Shown here piece after piece: positions 55,425 to 59,310 of a stretch of 59,310 nucleotides of DNA. The notes beneath the pieces were generated by a model. It did no database searches. It had not been told where the DNA came from and saw only the letters and a program-made list of their open reading frames with translations. Source of the stretch: a virus (lineage: Duplodnaviria > Caudoviricetes). The position numbers and the translations under genes were made by a program. Within the stretch, counting starts at the first letter, position 1, and each line of letters starts with the position of its first letter. The stretch lies in IMG/VR virus record IMGVR_UViG_3300048834_000244, positions 1 through 59,310 of that record, one strand, 5' to 3'.

Positions 55425-55901
55425 ATGAGCATCGTCCAAATCAGTCGAGCCGCCAGCGTTGATGAAATCGTTGCCGAGATGGATCGACGCGGCAAGGTCA
55501 TCGAGCGGCTTGAGGCACGGCTTGCGCATATTGATGGCATCTATCCCGGAGCGATCGACAATCTGCTCCACCACCAGCGCCAGTTGGATATGGACGGCAT
55601 CGAGGTCGCAGTCTCCCGGCAGGCGCTTTGTGAGGTCTTAGCGGGCATAGACGCAGTCCTCGCCGCCGCTCCATCCCCATCCAGCGAGGCGGTGGGGTGG
55701 CGGCCGATTGAATTGCACATCGTCTTCAAGGATGAAGGCGGGCTGGGCAATCTTCGTTTCGTTGAGGTTGAGACAATCGACCGGAGGTCTGTGCGCGCAG
55801 GCACATGGATGAAGCGAGACGACGGCTACGACGTGCTCGCGCTGTCAGTCCATCCTTCCGACCTCCCCTCCGCTCCCGTCTCTCATGGAGAGGCGGAATG
55901 A
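55425..55901 (+). CDS. Mosaic hypothetical protein
   Basis: AGGAG RBS; QRQLDMDGIEVAVSRQA module followed by a second module. Confidence 0.7.
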   Translation: MSIVQISRAASVDEIVAEMDRRGKVIERLEARLAHIDGIYPGAIDNLLHHQRQLDMDGIEVAVSRQALCEVLAGIDAVLAAAPSPSSEAVGWRPIELHIVFKDEGGLGNLRFVEVETIDRRSVRAGTWMKRDDGYDVLALSVHPSDLPSAPVSHGEAE

Positions 55902-56197
55902 ATACGGCCGCATCGATTGCACTAGAGACAATGCGGGCGGCGCTGCCGGCGGGAAGCCCGCTGCCCGGGGCAATAACCGAGGCACGTTTTGTAAGTCGCA
56001 ACATCGTGCTTGCCGACATAGTTTTGTTTGACGGGCAGATTGGCGTTGCTCGCTTTTCGCGATGGGCGCACGGCTGGTCATACGGATGGGACAGTCTGCC
56101 GGGCGGTGACATCTCGCTCGAAAACGGCCTTTGGACACGCGTTCACCCCGAAGGAGCTTGCTTCTCTGTCTCTCATGGAGGCGGCCGTGGCGAATAA
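55898..56197 (+). CDS. Hypothetical protein
   Basis: GGAGAGG RBS; ATGA-coupled. Confidence 0.65.
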   Translation: MNTAASIALETMRAALPAGSPLPGAITEARFVSRNIVLADIVLFDGQIGVARFSRWAHGWSYGWDSLPGGDISLENGLWTRVHPEGACFSVSHGGGRGE

Positions 56198-56414
56198 GCT
56201 GACAGAGGCGGAGATCACGGGTCGGGCAGCGCAAATCATCACGATTGCGATGGGTACCCGAACCACGGGGCGCGGACGCGGAACCGTCCGTATCGGAAAC
56301 GCCGACGATGACCCACTCGCCTACTGGCTCGGCGTTGAGGCCATCCTCGAACTTGTCGAAGATACCTACGAAGCCGGCCGCGCCGCGCTCAACCAGACAG
56401 ACGGAGGGGCGTGA
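56187..56414 (+). CDS. Hypothetical protein
   Basis: GGAGG RBS, GTG start. Confidence 0.6.
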   Translation: MANKLTEAEITGRAAQIITIAMGTRTTGRGRGTVRIGNADDDPLAYWLGVEAILELVEDTYEAGRAALNQTDGGA

Positions 56415-56415
56415 G

Positions 56416-57381
56416 ATGTTGTTCCGCGACGTGAAAATCATCCCGAGCGCTGAAGGAAATGTCAGCAAATACGTCTTTACGGCCGAAACGGGCGTCGCCG
56501 AAGCCGTCCTATACCGGTATCCCGATTATCAGACGCGCACTGTCATATGTTGCTCTACCATGAGCGGATGCCCTGTCGGATGCCGCTTCTGCGGCGCGGG
56601 CGACTACTTTGTCCGCTCTATGTCGGCCGAAGAAATCGTTGCGCAGGCAGACCGCTGCATCGCCGACACAGGCATTGACGCCGCCGAGATGAAGCGGCTC
56701 CAGATCATGTTCATGAGCATGGGTGAACCACTGTTGAACCCGAAGGGGATGCAGGGCGCGCTGCGGGAACTCTATGCGAAGTATCCGAACGCCGCGTTAC
56801 TCATCTCCACCATCGGCCCGGACATCGACTACGATTGGGTGCGCGACATAAGCGTCGAGATACCGACAGTCGGTCTTCAGTTTTCGGTCCACAAGTCGAG
56901 CGACGCTGAACGTGATGTTCTGATCCCGTTCAAGAAGAAGTTGCCGCTGAATTTCATCGCCTATGAGGGCGAACGGTGGTTTCGCGAGACGGGGAGAAAG
57001 CCGTTCTTCAACTACTGCGCGGGCGACGACAACTCGTTGCCGCACGACGCGGATCGGCTGCGGGAACGCTTCGATCCGACCGTCTGGAATGCGACCGTAA
57101 GCGTCATCTGCGAGCGTAACGAGGGTATGCCGGCGAAGAACGATCACCAGATCGAACTAGCGGCCAACTTCGCCTCACTACTTGTCGAACGCGGCTACGA
57201 CGTTCGCGTGTTCGATCCCGCTGGCCAGGACGATATAGGCGGCGGTTGCGGCCAGCTTTGGTTCGTCCAGCAGTGGATGCGTGATCACCCCGAACTAGCG
57301 CGACCGAGCATCGGCCACGGACTGCCCTCCGTTCATACGCCCGCCGGCCGCTCCACCCTCGCAGGAGGTAGCGATGCGTAG
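56416..57381 (+). CDS. rlmN: RlmN/Cfr-family radical SAM RNA methyltransferase-like protein
   Basis: CCSTMSGCPVGCRFC (CxxxCxxC), MSMGEP, LQFSVH and DIGGGCGQL motifs. Confidence 0.88.
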   Translation: MLFRDVKIIPSAEGNVSKYVFTAETGVAEAVLYRYPDYQTRTVICCSTMSGCPVGCRFCGAGDYFVRSMSAEEIVAQADRCIADTGIDAAEMKRLQIMFMSMGEPLLNPKGMQGALRELYAKYPNAALLISTIGPDIDYDWVRDISVEIPTVGLQFSVHKSSDAERDVLIPFKKKLPLNFIAYEGERWFRETGRKPFFNYCAGDDNSLPHDADRLRERFDPTVWNATVSVICERNEGMPAKNDHQIELAANFASLLVERGYDVRVFDPAGQDDIGGGCGQLWFVQQWMRDHPELARPSIGHGLPSVHTPAGRSTLAGGSDA

Positions 57382-57604
57382 GCTGACGGAGGCTGAACTC
57401 AACGAACTCGCGATGCAAGCTCTCCGAGAGCGCTGCCGTGAGGTCTACCAGGCGCTCGGCCGCAACGCGATGTTGCGTCAAGGCGACCCGGTTGAAACAA
57501 TCTTCGCGTTTGCCAAAGAACTCATTTCTGAGCGCGAATATGTAATCGGCTTCAATGACGGGTGGGACGAAGGCCGCGCCAAGCTGGCGGAGGAGCGGGG
57601 ATGA
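57374..57604 (+). CDS. Hypothetical protein
   Basis: AGGAGGT RBS. Confidence 0.7.
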   Translation: MRRLTEAELNELAMQALRERCREVYQALGRNAMLRQGDPVETIFAFAKELISEREYVIGFNDGWDEGRAKLAEERG

Positions 57605-57798
57605 TCCGGCTTGTTGTCAGAATAGACGACGCGGCAATGGCTGCTCATGTCGGCGGATCGCCGCAAACGACATACCGCACATTCGACATCGAACATGCCG
57701 AGATCGAAGCCCTGCTTCGCGGCGGCGGCAGCAACGACAGAAACGACTTCAGCTACCGCACTCTGGTCGGCGCTGAGATTATTTCGGAGGCATCATGA
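57601..57798 (+). CDS. Hypothetical protein
   Basis: GGAGGAG RBS; ATGA-coupled. Confidence 0.7.
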   Translation: MIRLVVRIDDAAMAAHVGGSPQTTYRTFDIEHAEIEALLRGGGSNDRNDFSYRTLVGAEIISEAS

Positions 57799-58127
57799 CC
57801 ATCTCCCCCGAAGCATTGGAGAAGGCGCGGGCGATAGCGCAGTCCATTTGCAACAACACCCGAACGCTCATCGGCGAAAATGATATCATCCTCATCGCCG
57901 CCGCCCTACAGGCAGAACGTGACGCGAACATCGCTCTTCACGCCGCCCTCGAATCGCTGGTGGCGCGCATTGCCGAGCTTGAGGCGGGGTTGAAAGATAC
58001 AGCGGAAGCGCTCCGTAGTCGCCTTACAGCGGACGAACTGAACGCCCCGCACCATAAACCCTACGAGCACCCGCTGTCCGCTTATGACCGCGCCGCCCGT
58101 CTCTTGAGCAAGGATCGCCAGCCATGA
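57795..58127 (+). CDS. Mosaic coiled-coil hypothetical protein
   Basis: GGAGG RBS; ARIAELEA linker-like segment. Confidence 0.7.
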   Translation: MTISPEALEKARAIAQSICNNTRTLIGENDIILIAAALQAERDANIALHAALESLVARIAELEAGLKDTAEALRSRLTADELNAPHHKPYEHPLSAYDRAARLLSKDRQP

Positions 58128-58963
58128 CCACCGCACAGACAGAAGCGCGGGCGATTGGCGACCCGTATATGCGAATTGTTGATTTTTTCGACCGGGATGA
58201 AACGGCAGGAAGTTTCCTGCGTGAAGATGGTGAGGGTGGTTTTGTCGGTGGCATCTATCGCATGGCGCGAGAGATCGAAAGCCTACGCGCGTCCTCCGCC
58301 GCCAAAGACGCAGAGATAGCAGCCCTCAAGAAGGAAGCGGCTGATGTCGTGAGGCCGTTTGCAAAAATCGCTGACGGTGAACCAGACAACGCCGTTTTCC
58401 ATACAGGCCACAAAGTATTTAAGGCCGCCCGTTCCTTCCTCGACAAGTGGGAGGGCGAGATGTCTGACCTTATCGAAAAACTGCGACTCGCCTGCGATGA
58501 TCCTATGTGGGCCGATCATGTCGAAATGCCGAAGAAGCTTTTGCGGCATGCTGTTGATTATCTCGATGCCCTCAAGAAGCAGGTAGAGGAACTGACGGCG
58601 GAGATGGATGCGGCAACAATTTCCGGATGGAAGGCTGCCATCGACTGCGTGTCATATGCAGCAGCCAATACCTACGGGCCGAGAGTTGATCCTGCCGCCG
58701 TAGCTAAGGCGCGCGATGATCTTGTGCAGGAATTGCTTACGGCTTCTCCTGCCGATTATCTCGATTGCTGTTGGAAAGACGCGCAGGATGCAATCCGGGC
58801 CGAAGCCGAAGCAGCAGCGCTGCGGAAGGCGCTGATAGAGGCGCGCGACGTCGTTGACGCCGTTACCGGACATAATCAACCCGACCGCCCGTGGTCTCGG
58901 CAAGTGCGAGACCGCATAGACGCCGCCCTTGCCTCTACCAAGGAGACGAGCGATGCAGGTTGA
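58124..58963 (+). CDS. Mosaic Ea22-like accessory protein (allele B)
   Basis: Combines in one frame the linker peptides found in ORFs 1-285 and 1130-1582. Confidence 0.8.
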   Translation: MTTAQTEARAIGDPYMRIVDFFDRDETAGSFLREDGEGGFVGGIYRMAREIESLRASSAAKDAEIAALKKEAADVVRPFAKIADGEPDNAVFHTGHKVFKAARSFLDKWEGEMSDLIEKLRLACDDPMWADHVEMPKKLLRHAVDYLDALKKQVEELTAEMDAATISGWKAAIDCVSYAAANTYGPRVDPAAVAKARDDLVQELLTASPADYLDCCWKDAQDAIRAEAEAAALRKALIEARDVVDAVTGHNQPDRPWSRQVRDRIDAALASTKETSDAG

Positions 58964-59310
58964 TGAGAAGGCGCTGGCGGCTGCGGTAGATGCAGCAGAA
59001 GCGCACCACGAAAAGCCTCTGCGTGAGTGGGAAGTGACAGCGATCCGCGCCGCCATCGCCGCCTATCTCGCCGCCCTTGGCGAGCGGGAGCCGGTGGTGT
59101 GGCAACGCCTGCATCCCGTTGCAGGCTGGCAGAATGTAGACGAAGCCGACATAGAGCATTATCGCAGCTACGGGCAAGAAATCCGCCCCCTCTACGCCTC
59201 TCCTCTCCCCGTCATGCCTATCACGGATGAGGACGTGGAGCGCCGGTTCAAACTCGACGACCGTGTCACGAAAACCAAGGGCTCGTCATGGACAGGCCGT
59301 GTCGTCGGCT
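58226..59310. repeat. Allele B of the mosaic locus
   Basis: See 1-1941; the last 127 nt are identical to 1815-1941. Confidence 0.95.
58953..59310 (+). CDS. dfrB: DfrB-domain fusion protein, allele B, truncated by window end
   Basis: [21 protein letters not shown]...[42 protein letters not shown]; not in the ORF track (no stop). Confidence 0.85.
   Translation, partial: MQVDEKALAAAVDAAEAHHEKPLREWEVTAIRAAIAAYLAALGEREPVVWQRLHPVAGWQNVDEADIEHYRSYGQEIRPLYASPLPVMPITDEDVERRFKLDDRVTKTKGSSWTGRVVG

Noticed and set aside
59184-59310. Direct terminal repeat of a linear genome
   Set aside because: The match is to internal 1815-1941, not to position 1, and its exact 127-nt length suggests an assembler k-mer overlap.

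Overview
The window appears to be a complete, non-integrated temperate phage genome of about 57.4-58.2 kb, read slightly more than once around the circle. The host is probably an alphaproteobacterium (rhizobia-like), inferred from the protein families. Layout: mosaic accessory genes including a DfrB/R67-type DHFR-domain fusion, xis-like gene, tyrosine integrase and putative attP (1-3.9 kb); a decayed moron region with a DUF3800 remnant and a candidate structured RNA (3.9-5.4 kb); a lysis cassette invaded by three antisense HNH genes that share a promoter and structured leader (5.5-10.1 kb); a minus-strand podovirus-type virion operon with terS, terL, portal, scaffold, SU10-like capsid, adaptor, fibre, nozzle and ejection proteins, and no tape measure (10.5-35.5 kb); a late-control region with a NusG paralogue and candidate ncRNAs (35.7-39.7 kb); replication, methyltransferase and GIY-YIG genes (39.7-48.9 kb); a cro/cI switch with near-identical PR and PL promoter-operators (48.9-50 kb); and an early-left operon with exonuclease, probable annealing protein, C5-MTase-like protein and an RlmN-like radical SAM enzyme (50-59.3 kb). 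The two window ends (1-1941 and 58226-59310) are two alleles of one locus. They share seven short conserved linkers separated by unrelated modules, most likely an assembly bubble between co-occurring phage variants that exposes linker-guided domain shuffling. All functional calls come from motif recognition by eye; no database searches or folding programs were run.
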